NCBI GenBank assembly: GCA_040954595.2
Contig: CM082585.2
Location: 9,474,564-9,538,563, forward strand
DNA length: 64,000 bases
Source of the DNA: Balanoglossus misakiensis
Taxonomy: Eukaryota; Animalia; Hemichordata
Direction of reading: 5' to 3'
Part shown: one piece after another, positions 1-12,100 of the stretch
Position numbering within the stretch: the first letter of the stretch is position 1
Layout: every line of letters begins with the position of its first letter
Notes under the pieces: generated by a model
Database searches by the model: none
What the model was told of the DNA's origin: nothing
What the model saw: the letters and a program-made list of their open reading frames with translations, nothing else
Position numbers and translations under genes: made by a program

Positions 1-1098
1 GATCAATAAACAAAGGAGTTATGTCAAAAGTTTGAAGTCAAAAGTTGATACACATCTCCCTTTTATGGTACCACTGAAAATTTATGTCACCCAAGTAGTA
101 AATGACCAAAGTCCCAAGATCAAAGTTCTAAATCTACCATTGAGTTACCAAATCATCGCAAATTACATACAGAATTGCCGTCTAGAGTAATAATCCTCAC
201 TCATGAAAAGATGTGGCACTGATATTAAGTGAAAATGAATAATGTTAGAACATAACCATTCATGAATTTGTTATAGACATTGTAAACAAATTGGACTTAG
301 GTCTGAACATAACAAGGTTTGGGCAATACATCGTATAGCCTCAAGATATGTAGCTGTCCTTTGAACAAATTATGTAGGACGACTTTACAAGTATAAACAA
401 GATCAAATGCCACTAGTCACTAAAGTAAACAATTATTGGCCCAGAACTTTCGTAAACCAAACATGTCATGTCAATTTCCAAGGATCGAGCTACTGTTTGC
501 TAGGTTCGTTGGGACTTGGTTGGGAGAAATGGACAATTTAGAGTGCAGTCCATGTACATTCCACATTTTTATTTCTTTGGACCGTATTTCATGAAGTACG
601 TATGCTTTCCTGTATGACGTCATTTGGCGTTGGCAGGTTATGAAGTTCATGTGGGACAACGCCCCCTAAATTTACATATCACGTGATTTGAACTTTACTG
701 CACAAAAATGTGAAATTGACCACAAAATTTGGTTACAAAGTCTCTCGCGTCAGATTAAACACGGGAAATCAAAAAGACATGGTTTTATGGACAACAGAAA
801 GGTTGTTACAGCTGCTAGAGTTTTTCTAAGGTATCTGGGCCAAAATTACCCAACCACGAACGTCGTATTTTGGTGCGCATGTCACGCTAAAAAAAGCAGA
901 CAGCAATCAGCTGTGTCAATGTCAACTCCGGAAGGCTTCTAAAGTTACCGAGCGCAAAGTTGCCAGTGACAAGTAAGCAGCTCAGAACAGTTGCTTAAAC
1001 TGGATATGAGAAAAGCTGGGTAAATAGTCAAAAGAAGGAAAACTTTCCTGGTTTGGGGGATCTGGGAAAAGTTTAAGTTTTCCGTGCGATTCACTCAC

Positions 1099-1130
1099 CT
1101 TCGGTAATTGTTGACTGCAGCAGTCGCCAT
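1099..1130 (-). CDS. First coding exon of an unidentified gene divergent from DAW1 (MATAAVNNYR...); further exons not identified
   Basis: The minus strand reads AAAATGGCG (strong start context), 10 codons plus 2 nt, then a consensus donor AG|GTGAGT. It lies about 340 bp head-to-head with the DAW1 ATG. The peptide is too short to name. Confidence 0.55.
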
Positions 1131-1471
1131 TTTCAGTCCTGGGATAGCGTCAAAGTTTTGTTGAACGTTGGAGGCGCTTCCTCGACCTCGTTCTCAGCGG
1201 ATATAATCACTGTAATAAATCATATTAGAAATGTTTTATTTCATTCCATAAACTACTTTGTGCATTTTATTACCTCTTACTGCTTTAAAGTTTTCTAGCA
1301 TAGTATTTTTGTGGCAATGAAAACTGCTATAGACCGGCTATTTTCACAGTTTTTATTTTGCGAGCTGAAACATACAGAGTTGAAAGGTCACAAGCATTCC
1401 CCGCCATCTTGATCTTTCCTGTCCGAAACAAGTTGTTGGCTGCAGACTTTTCTTGATTATCGGCTTTCAAA

Positions 1472-4193
1472 ATGAGGTTAAAGCGATTCCTCCTGCGATA
1501 TTACCCACCAGGTGAGCTCGAGATTATATTTTTAAGTCATTGCCATGGTGCAAGGGTAGTATTCGTCGCTCGATCACGATTTCCCGTCATGTTCATCATT
1601 GTTATGTTTTCCAAAGGTTGGTTGCTTGTCAACAGAGTTTTTGCAGACACACGTTCCCTCAACACCCATTTCTTTTCCTTGTTACAGGTATCATCTTAGA
1701 ATACGAGCAGCACGGTAACATCAAGAATAAGTCTATAGATCTACTTGATTTGAAACCAGAGTAAGTCTTCCAACATAAGAAAAGCTGAATGTCTACAAAC
1801 CTCTTACCACAATGAAAACATTGTAATGTACATAAGGTCACATAAGGCCTTGGTGTTTGATTTGAGTAGCATATAATCATGTTGGTAGCAGTTTGGGTCT
1901 CAGAAGAGATATTGTGGTTATGGAGTGTAAAACTCAGATACCGGACACTAGTCATTCTAACTGGCAGTGAAAGGGTCAAGTACTTCAAGTACCACTCAAT
2001 GTAACTTTCTTTTCCATACAAGATTTTTTTTAAAGTGTCTCTGCTTGTCTCTACACCAGGACCGACGTGGATGCAGTTTTAGATGAAATTGTGAGAAAAG
2101 AACCGCTTATAACATCTTCCAGACTTGAACAGGTCCGACAGCTCATACAGAGGCTACAAGAAAAATTAGGACAAACAGACGACCACAAATTTTATTTGTT
2201 CAAGGTAATTTCCATATTTCAATCATTATTTCACATTTAATTAAAGAGTGACTGTCAAATTAACCAAAATTTCCATTGTCTGATTCCACCCAGGTGCTGC
2301 GGGCTCACATACTTCCCTTAACCAATGTAGCCTTCAACAAATCCGGTTCAATGTTTATAACCGGCAGTTACGACAGAACTTGCAAAGTCTGGGAGACGGC
2401 GTCTGGCGAGGAACTACACACACTTGAGGGACACAGAAATGTGGTGTATGCAATTGCATTTAATAATCCATATGGGTAAGTGGCAGATAATTTGCTTCCT
2501 GCAGTCTTTGTTTCTGTTATCACTGCTTGTCACTGCACAAGCGTCACATGGCAGGTCCCATATGGCATTGGGCGCAAAAGTTCTGTCGTGTACTATACAT
2601 GTCTTTTAGATAAAATGAGTGGCTAGTAATTTTATTATCTTATTTATTTTAGGGACAAGATAGCAACCGGTTCATTTGACAAAACTTGCAAACTTTGGAG
2701 TTCGGAAACGGGCAAATGTTACCACACATTTAGAGGCCACACAGCTGAAATAGTAAGTCATTAGCCTCAACCCAGAACACTGACACGAACGAACACTAAT
2801 CAGAAAAAGATATCTTGATCGGTTCTGCGTGACCTACCTAAATGCTGAATCTAATATTACATGACGTTTTATCACACAGGTCTGTTTATCGTTCAACCCA
2901 CAAAGTACGCTCATAGCCACCGGCAGTATGGACACTACAGCTAAACTCTGGGATGTCCAGACAGGGGCCGAAGTCAGTACCCTCTCTGGCCACTCGGCGG
3001 AAATCATCTCTCTGTCGTTCAACACGACAGGTGACCAGATCATCACTGGTTCGTTTGATCACACCGTCTCCGTGTGGGACGTCAGGAGTGGAAGGTAGGT
3101 AGGGTGCCTGTTTACAGGGTTATCCCATTACGGGATTGAAAAGGGGTGGGTTGACCACCCCTCTGGTTTAGTGGGGCAACCCACTAAATATGAAACTGTA
3201 CAAATAATCTCATTTAACATGTTTTACGTCTTATGATAAACATGCGTGGTAGATTTGGTTCTGCATACTCATTTCAGTGTATAATCTATGTATAAACATT
3301 TACAGACGGATCCATACACTCATCGGCCATCGTGGTGAAATCAGTAGTGCGCAATTCAACTACGACTGTTCATTGATTGCCACTGGATCCATGGACAAGA
3401 CCTGTAAGATCTGGGACACCAGCCAAGGTCAATGTATCGGCACACTTCGAGGTCATGACGATGAGATTTTAGATGTTGTCTTTGATTACACCGGACAGTA
3501 CATTGCAACAGCATCGGCAGATAGTAAGTCTTTTTAACATATTTATTAGACTGGACAGCTTTAAGGGGACTTGTGAATTGCATTCAGTGATTGGGATGAC
3601 CAGGTACCTGTTTGTTCAGATCGACAGACCAGAAAACTCTGGAGAGTATAAGTACACTTGTTTATTTTCTTGCAGGTACTGCCAGGGTCTACAATGCTGT
3701 AACGCACAATTGTATTGCCAAGCTGGAGGGGCATGAAGGAGAAATTTCAAAAGTAAGTCGACCCCATTCAAATAATTATGCGATTACCCCGCAATTGTGA
3801 AACTTGATTTGCTCTACCCTGAGGTCACAGTAAGAGTTTATGACTTCATTTGCCCGATTTCATATTTTGTTCCTCACAGCTCACTTTCAACCCACAAGGC
3901 AGTAAGTTACTGACGGCCAGTGCAGACAAAACTGCCAGGCTATGGAATCCCCTCACTGGAGAATGTTTACAGACACTGGAGGGCCACACCGACGAAATCT
4001 TTAGTTGTGCATTCAATTACGAAGGAAAGACTATTATTACAGGTGAGATGAGGTTTTCATGCCAGCATGATTTCCTGAGTTACCAGATTTTTATTACATG
4101 TATTTGACTTCTGAACTCTTTCAAGTAACTTAATTTAACAATTTCTTTTTTTTTTCAGGTAGTAAAGATAACACATGCAGGATTTGGCAGTAG
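1472..4193 (+). CDS. DAW1: Dynein assembly factor with WD repeats 1 (WDR69/ODA16), 10 exons, 415 aa
   Basis: Exons 1472-1511, 1688-1760, 2060-2204, 2294-2475, 2653-2752, 2880-3094, 3306-3523, 3676-3752, 3880-4042 and 4159-4193 are all GT-AG and phase-consistent (1248 nt). N-terminus [36 protein letters not shown] and the WD repeats ([34 protein letters not shown]) are characteristic of DAW1. Confidence 0.96.
3122..3188. repeat. Three adjacent short inverted repeats (hairpins) in DAW1 intron 6
   Basis: ATCCC-attac-GGGAT (3122-3136); AGGGGTGG-gttga-CCACCCCT (3142-3162); TTTAGTGGG-GCAA-CCCACTAAA (3167-3188). Confidence 0.7.
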
Positions 4194-5304
4194 ATACAAC
4201 GCAGAATCTTAGTCTGTATAAGATGACTCCATCCAGCTACTACCGAGCAAATATGAGCACTGTATTTGTATATCGTCACAGTGAAAGTATATTCGACAGA
4301 AGCATCTTTTCCTAGCTGTCTTGAGGCTTTATTTTACGAAAAAAGGTGCATGTCCCTTGTAGAAACCAGCTCTGTCCAATAGTGATGATTGACTTTATGT
4401 AAATAGCAAGGACTATATCTGTACTTATTGCCCTCATTGAATATGCAAATTACATGTCCTTTCTATGCTTACCGCTGATAGTATTATTTTCAGAGGGTTA
4501 GTTTTAATTTCATGTGGCTGTCTGTGAAAACCATCCTGAATGACTTTGTGTTTATAAACCTTGGAAATGCAGTATACAGCTCTGTACTCTAGGTTGATAT
4601 GTAAACAGCGCCATCTGGGGTCCACGTGAGAATATCGGCAGTATGGGGACTCTGTATGGTTGAAACAGGGTTGACTTGAATTTTGACTGAAGTTGTCCTT
4701 TTTAATTTTATTTTTCGGGCAAGATTTCTTTACATGTGCATTTTTTTCTGAGAATGTTTAGATTTTGTTGTGTACCACTGACATGTTGGTGAGTGTGATG
4801 TTTTTTCAGATTCGTTTTTTGTCCCCGTCCCTACCTGTGTGCCTGAAAAATGGACCAATCCATTGTGTGCATATAATGGAATATACCAAAATTCAGTCAT
4901 GAATGTTTTAAGCTTTTTGAATCACAAGGTATTTGTTGCAATATGGTCTATTTTACATCTTGTTTCACATTTCAGTTTGCTGTTGTACTTAAAACATTTC
5001 TAGGTTCTTATTTGTATAAAAATATTGAAAATGTGAATAAAAATATAAAATTTCCATTTGTGTAAAACCTGGACTTGTGTGCTTTATTTATTGATAATAC
5101 TGGGTAACAACCCATATACTTTGAGAACAAAAAAGTAAGTAAGTTGTTTTCATACACTTTATTTCACTATACTCTTCACTGTTGTTCATTTCTAACAACA
5201 CGACAGGTATTTCCCATCTTGCATGAGAACCAAAATAAAATGGAAAGGTTTCATTCTGCTTTTGAAACACGGAGAATCGACTACAACTTAATTTATTGTC
5301 ACTA

Positions 5305-6258
5305 TCAGAATTCGGAATCTAACCACTGCTTGATGTAGACACAGGTTGTTGGCGAAATGGCGCCCCCTAGGCGACACTGGTCGAACACCGGACAAACGCC
5401 GCAGGGCATCCTGGCAAGTCCCGTGGGTTTGATCAGAGGTCCCACGGCCCTGTACAGTTTCATCTGTCCGTCCACGCTGGCGCTGGCCTGGCTGGCCACC
5501 ACGGTCATCTCCACTTTGTCGTCGTAGATCAGCGTGTTCAGTATGGTCTCTATGTCCTCGGTGGAGAGCTCCACTTTGCTGATGCCCAACTCCATGATGT
5601 AGCGGCGCACGTCTTGCGAGGACGCGAAACAGGCGTTGCGCACGGCCATCGGGTCCTGTTTGCTCGCCCGGGCGCTTTCCGCCTTCTGCTGCAAGAACTT
5701 GTAACACTGTTGGTTCAGCACCTCGACAAACTCAGACTCGAAATCCTGGTCGCTGTACCACGCCCCTCCAGTCACTGTCCTGTCGGGCTCAACATTGTAC
5801 AACATGTACACTTTCCTCTTCGATGCCCCCACCGACTTCACGGCCTTGATCAGTTTCTTACTCTCCAGGTTTTTCAAAATCTTGCTGACCTGCGTGAGCA
5901 GTAAATTGCTCTTGTACCGGATGTCGCGAATCCATATCCCCTTGTTTCCAGATTCCTCGATGATCTGATAAATCAGTTTCTCTTGGTTGTCCGAGCCTTT
6001 CATCTTGACCCCGGACTGGGCATCTTTCAGGCGGTACAGCAAGCCGCTGGCCGTCTTCAGGAGGTCGATTCGGCCCGTCGACAGGAGTCTGTTCACGGCG
6101 GAAACTCGCTGCCGTATATCGATGTGGGGCATGTCCTCTTGTATGGCGTTGTCTCCAACACCTTTAGGGTTCAGCTGACACAGTTCAAGTATTCTGTTTT
6201 CCAAATCAACTGCATTCGTCTCCGGCTCTTGCTTCACGGATGTCGAAGCTTCCGCCAT
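5305..6258 (-). CDS. POLR3F: RNA polymerase III subunit RPC6 (C34/RPC39), single coding exon, 317 aa
   Basis: Uninterrupted ORF from the ATG at 6258 (MAEAS...). Motifs IIEESGNKGIWIRDIRYKSNL, KNLESKKLIKAVKSV, PDRTVTGGAWYSDQDFESEFV and a C-terminal Fe-S Cys cluster PCGVCPVFDQC...SPTTCVY. Confidence 0.96.
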   Translation of the reverse strand: MAEASTSVKQEPETNAVDLENRILELCQLNPKGVGDNAIQEDMPHIDIRQRVSAVNRLLSTGRIDLLKTASGLLYRLKDAQSGVKMKGSDNQEKLIYQIIEESGNKGIWIRDIRYKSNLLLTQVSKILKNLESKKLIKAVKSVGASKRKVYMLYNVEPDRTVTGGAWYSDQDFESEFVEVLNQQCYKFLQQKAESARASKQDPMAVRNACFASSQDVRRYIMELGISKVELSTEDIETILNTLIYDDKVEMTVVASQASASVDGQMKLYRAVGPLIKPTGLARMPCGVCPVFDQCRLGGAISPTTCVYIKQWLDSEF

Positions 6259-7441
6259 ATTTGCCACCTTCTCTCTCCAAAATGTCTCTTGAAACAACTC
6301 ACAAATTACTTAACCCCCTTCACCACTTGGTCACGATAGTCTTCAGATAATATCGAAGCATAAGGAATGCAGACCAGCTCCAAAAATGTGACGGGAAAAC
6401 GTATATCTCTCACACTATACTGTTTCACATGTACACACGATTCTCGCATGCAACCAACAGCAGAAACCTGTGACCTCTGACCTATGACCTGTGCCCTTTG
6501 GAATGCGCCCTCTATGAAACGAAACAATCTCACGGGGATGCTTTCGTATATTGAATTCCAGTTTACTTTTTAGTTTACTTTTTCGGCCAATAGCGTAGTT
6601 TTACGGTTCTAGAAGGAGAAATATCCTCCGCGCGTAGCGTAGGACAGTCTAACAACCATAACCTCCAGAATGACAATCCATCTGCTGTGGGCGTCATCGA
6701 TACCACATACAGTTTTATACCATCTGCGAAGAACATAACCATATGTTCCCACAAACTCTTTGTGCGATTAATAATATGAGCCCATTCACCTCGATTAACA
6801 TAGAATTTCCGAAGCTACATAAGGTGTGGAAAGTTAGAAATTCATCCACAAACGGCAATATGGTCAATTGTGAATGTCAAAGGGGGGAAATTGCCCCTAT
6901 AACAGACGCCGTGTGTGCTTCTTGGACATCGCTGCAATACGAGCTGAAGACACAGTGTTGTTACAATCTGAAACTTTGACTGTTCAATCCAGAACCAATA
7001 TGTACGTACACGACTGTAAAGAAATACATGTAAAAGCGACTGAGATTTAGTCTAAACACAAAAATTCCCTTTTTCCTTTTCTATCATCAAACAATTTAAT
7101 GTGGTCATTTTTTAATCTTGTCAGTGGCATTTGTTCGTTATCTACTTTAATTTTCTTACTACATCGTACAAATACGAGCGACAGTTATTATATCAAAGAA
7201 CCTGCGAATGACACATCTTTTGATCATTAAAAAAACTTCTACTATTCACTGGAAATTTAAGCACGCACCACCTGTTCACAAGAATAGGGCCAGAAATAGA
7301 GGACCAGTTGTTCACGTATTAATAGCAGGACTCTCGCTTTGCGGATACGCAAGCAAAACCTTGCATATTATTAAAATCTTTCTCACACACCATCATTCAG
7401 TTCGTTTTAGACAACAGCTGACCGAACTTGAACGAGACACG

Positions 7442-9137
7442 ATGGCGAAGTGGTATCTAGCCTTGTTTACGTTGACTGTGCTCTTTGGATATTACCAGGT
7501 AAGAACATCTTTAGTGGCCAAGTCACATCGCTGTGGTGATTGGCCGCCACTGTAGTTTCATCATGTGGTTCGACAAGCAACCCTTTGATTCATTTCCAAA
7601 GCTTCGGAACTGTTGTGGATAAACCTTTTTGCCGGTGGCCATGTTTTAAAGACATCTGCTAGAACTCACAAAAGCCATTGACTATCTGTTACATTTCCTT
7701 CGAAATGCACAATACCATGCCCGTTGACAAATATTTACCGGCGAAACAGCAAATATGATAAATATGACAAACAATCCATAGATAACCATGCAGTTTGGGG
7801 CAACCAGCTCACTTTTTTTTGGTCTCACGATATCTACTCCATTAGACCACGTCTGGCGACCGCGTTGAACGCGAAGTTCACGCTCTCATCGCCCCGCTTG
7901 GATGGCTGGTCGGGACATGGAGGTCAACGGAAGCCACTGGTATGTTCCCTACCATTAAGACATTCGATTTCCAAGACGTCTTGAAATTCGAGGAAATTGG
8001 ACAACCACTGATGCACGTGACGTAAGTCTGATTATGCCGAGTATAATTTGTGTAATACACACACAACCTGCGCACGTGGTTTTGACGTGCTCTCAGGAGA
8101 GTGCAGCACTTTCATACTTTATACGAATTATCACAAAACGAACCAAGTTTCGACTTCAAGACAAGTATTTGCTTATTGAAAATCCTATGATATTAAGGTT
8201 AGATAAATTGGTGTGTGTTAAGGGTAGGTGCTGACCCAGCATTATTTAAAGTATAAAAATAAACTGGAAGAAATTATTCACTGCGTTTACCCCATATGGA
8301 AAACAAGTGTTTATTAAAATTAGAATGAAGGGACGAATGCCTGAGTCAAAATACGCAATAATGGTGCTCTAAACGTGATTGTATCTTCAACAGATTTTCG
8401 TCTGATATAGGGGATTTACCAAGACACAGGGAACGAGGCTTTCTGCGTTTTAAGGTTGGAGAGCCATATCTTGGTTACCTGGCTTCTCATAATCTCGGTG
8501 AGTATATTATTATTATCATCATCAACAACAACTACAAAATCATCAACAACAACAATAACAAATCACCAAAAACAACATCATCACCACCACCACCACCACC
8601 ATCGTCGTCACCATCATCATCATCATTGGGAGAGTTGGGCAACATAGCTTGTGCAAAACTAAATATCATAATTAAGGATTAAAGAATTCAATTTAGAGTG
8701 ACTTTATGAGGGCATTCTTCACATTCTCTGATGTTGCCTTGGTTACAGGCATTTCCGAAGTATCTGAGGGCGCATACAATGAAACGAATATTCATCTGGA
8801 AAGTGTGGCTATCAACGGCATCAGCTTTCGTAGATTCCCAATGGTCCAAAAGGTAAGTGGTGAGATTTTTCCTTGATATTCATTTGATTTCACCATTTTG
8901 CACAGGGCTGGAGTAATCAGGCATGATCTGGGAATATAATGAAGCACTTGTGACTGATCTGTCATGACGTTCAGGCCAATACGATATTTTTTTGTGTTAT
9001 GTTTATTACATTTACAGATCATTCGCGACTTCACACGAATTGCAGATGACGAGATAGAATACAAGGTCTTCATGGAGACCGAAGACACGCCCCTTACACA
9101 GCACTTGGCCATTAAGTACAAAAAATCGGCCGAGTAA
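7442..9137 (+). CDS. Nitrobindin-family (THAP4 C-terminal/DUF1794) heme-binding beta-barrel protein with a predicted signal peptide, 5 exons, 186 aa
   Basis: Exons 7442-7498, 7846-8021, 8394-8497, 8749-8852 and 9018-9137 are all GT-AG and in phase (561 nt). Translation: MAKWYLALFTLTVLFGYYQ|TTSGDRVEREVHALIAPLGWLVGTWRSTEATGMFPTIKTFDFQDVLKFEEIGQPLMHVT|FSSDIGDLPRHRERGFLRFKVGEPYLGYLASHNL|GISEVSEGAYNETNIHLESVAINGISFRRFPMVQK|IIRDFTRIADDEIEYKVFMETEDTPLTQHLAIKYKKSAE. It matches the nitrobindin motifs PLxWxxGTW, GxxPT, GQP, HRExGF, GxxEVxEG and PxTQHLxxxYKK. Confidence 0.9.
8505..8626. repeat. Compound trinucleotide microsatellite (ATT/CAT/CAA/CAC) in nitrobindin intron 3
   Basis: Successive runs of TAT, CAT, CAA and CAC directly after the exon-3 donor. 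Confidence 0.9.
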
Positions 9138-12100
9138 AAGTTGGTTTGGATTTCAGCGTGGCGTAACCTGTATTACAGACTCCGTCGAGGGATAATTAAC
9201 TGGTGTTCGCTGATGTTTATTCAGATAGTTCTACCCTTACTGAACAACAGCTTTGATGAACGATGACCCCGGTTTTCTCATGTCAATACCAGTTCACACA
9301 GAATTAAGATTTCCTCTAGCTGGCTTCTATGTTCCTCCATTCTTTATGTACACGTTAATGAATTAAAGAAACTACAAGAAGTTGTTCAGTTTTGCTCTTG
9401 CTGTTCTGTCGCCCCCACCGCATCTCGGAGACCGCCCTCAACGGTACAAGCGTCAAACATGTTGTTTCTGCGCTGCGTGACTGTCCGTCGAAAACTGCGC
9501 TAGTCAAACCCAGGCTCTCTCGAAGTCCCCAGATCCCAGCGCGCACTAGTGTGGAGACAGTATACGGTGCAGATTGCAAGCCTAGGTATGTCTACTTAAA
9601 ATAGCAATGACTTCTCCACGTTCTCCACGTTTTCTGTGACGTCACGCAAAGTTATCTTGACTGAATCACATTTCACATACTAGTATTAGTGATCAGTACA
9701 TAGGTATTTTGAGAAGTGCTTGTCGTGAAACATTTGTCAACATATTCAAATTACAGAAAAGTGATCTAGGGTTCTGTTCCCCTTTGAGATATAGGTTCTT
9801 CAACTTCTTGAACTCTTCATTAAACAGTCGGTGGGGATAGATTTTCACCCTGTGGTCTATCATGCTTTCGTTTATAAGTGAGATGAACTATCATTAAGTT
9901 TCATAGTGTCTCGCGCAACAAGTAGGATTACCACTGAGAAATGCGGAAGAAACGTTCATATCAAAAACTGGACTTTCGATCGTCTGCAACCGAAACTTGT
10001 ACTAACACTGGAACATGCGGGATTCTTAATATTGACCCCCTGTGACCTTTCCATCTACCGAAATTCCGAGAACGACTTCAATTTGACGATATTCATCAGT
10101 ATCTGGAGCAGTTCAAAGGACGTGTCACAATTTATATATACATGCATGTATAACTATATAAAACTCATGTTGAAAAAAATGCCTACTGTCTGATACACAT
10201 GATACACTGGTTGGTTTTCAGTATCAGAGAACCAAAGGTCTAGACTTATCTTCAGACATAGGAGGGTCATGACCCATTAGTTAATGACTGAAAAATGAGC
10301 TAGGCGTGAATGCCAGGGAATCGCTTCACACACATATTCTTCGAGGAAAGTCGGAAGACCTGGTTTATTTTGAAAAGTAATCCTAGACCAGTACGCTGTT
10401 TGCCTCCGGTCGGTAATTTTAATGCTTATACACACGCACAAACATGTGTGCTCGTCTCAGGGCATTGTTCGCGATTGACTTCCGATGAAAAGTTCAGCGA
10501 CATTTCGTTGTCTCGAAAGTTTTGTTTTTGACAGCCTAAAATATACGCGAAAGTTGTCAGAAAGTCATACAATACTTCCCACTGGGAAGTTATTCACACA
10601 AGAGGCGCGTTAAAAGTGGAACTTTTTTCGGTAATCTAATGCAAGGATTAAATCCTACGCGATCAAAATTATGAATTACTGGCCTCAATAATTATAGAAC
10701 GAAATGCAGAACTAGAACGCATACTGGCTAAAATGAAATTAAAAACCCAATGGTCAGGGCCGATTTAGTATTTCCTACACGTCAGTTGTCAAGAATGGTC
10801 TGTAAAGTTTCATGACGTCGCGTATGGGTGCATCATGTACGTATATGTCTGATCGCGGGGTGTGAACTTCCGTGTGAAAGTGAACATTTCATTATAACCT
10901 ATGACATTAATTATCTACATAACAAAGCCGTGACGCGTCGGCGGATATTCACAGGCCACGGCCCAGGGTGTTGTGTTCAATAGCAAACAGACTGTCTGTG
11001 CACTGGGTACTATAAGGTGTACTTGTGGTGGAAGTAGAAGGACTTGGCAAGTGAAGGTACGTCGCGGTTGTTAATTTAACTCAGAGAGATCGAAGGAAAC
11101 GTCTCTTTTTTGCAGGGAGAGAGAAGGCAATTTCATTTTCAAAGTTGAGGCAGAATATATAGAAGGTGGGCATTTATATTTTCAATTGTCGACATGTTCG
11201 CTCTTGTGTGGTCGTAAATCCAGTTGACGTTCAACAGGCCGGCTGTAGCTGGAAAACGAAATCCGATATAAGGAGCTATGCCTACCACACTGCGCTTGTT
11301 TGTGGTGCGGGTGAACCAGTTGCAGTGTTGTTAGAGTGAATCGCGTGTTAAAGTACAAAAAGCATCCATTCAACGAGAAAGTTGTTTTCCCCAGACATCA
11401 TTCACATCTTCACTGATCCCAGTTACGTAAGCCCCGTCCTTGTATTCGATTGGATAATACGTCATTCTATAATCACTGCCGATTATTTGTTTCTCACTGC
11501 TTAGTGACGTCACTATAATTTTCCGAGAATTATACCCACCTGTGGTGGTACCCTTTCGAGTTTTTGGTGCTGAGAAAGGGGGGGGGGGGGGCTTTCTCCT
11601 TACGCATTCCCGAGCAGTGAACTAAAAGACACGAAAATCATGATTAATTATTCACAACATTTATGAATTAAGCTTTCACTTTCTATGAAAGCAAGTTGTG
11701 ATAGCTGTATCAATTCAAGGCAACGTGATAGGGGTGTTATAACTTTTAGTGCAATGAGAATCTCGTCGAAAATCTGCACACCAGATGTTATATATACGTT
11801 TGAAAAATATGTCTTTTACGCGATCATATTCTTTTCCAAGTCAAGATCTAGGCACGCAGTGTTAATATTTGATGGGCGTGTTTTTACATGGAGCTATTTC
11901 ATGGTTTTTGAAATTAATAGGGCATGGTTTGCTCATTTCCGCCGATAGAACCGCACCCCCTCTTGTCGTGATGACTGGTCGGTGTTACACAGGGTATACG
12001 CTTTACACTTCACGCTTACAGTGCTTGTGGCGTGTAGAGTCATCACCGCACTCCGTGCATACACGTCAGTTGTAAACTATTGTCCCCAATAACATTTGCA

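Noticed and set aside
6259-6297. 13-aa N-terminal extension of POLR3F in the ORF track
   Set aside because: It starts at a non-ATG codon; the first ATG is at 6258.
5288-6339. Several 60-140 aa ORFs overlapping POLR3F on both strands
   Set aside because: They are shadow ORFs caused by GC-rich codon usage of the real gene.
8456-8647. ORF with a hydrophobic start and poly-His tract (looks like a secreted metal-binding peptide)
   Set aside because: It is an off-frame read of nitrobindin exon 3 running into an intronic CAT/CAC microsatellite.
11578-11592. Poly-G runs (also near 36240-36256 and 60139-60153)
   Set aside because: They are simple homopolymers with no evidence of function.
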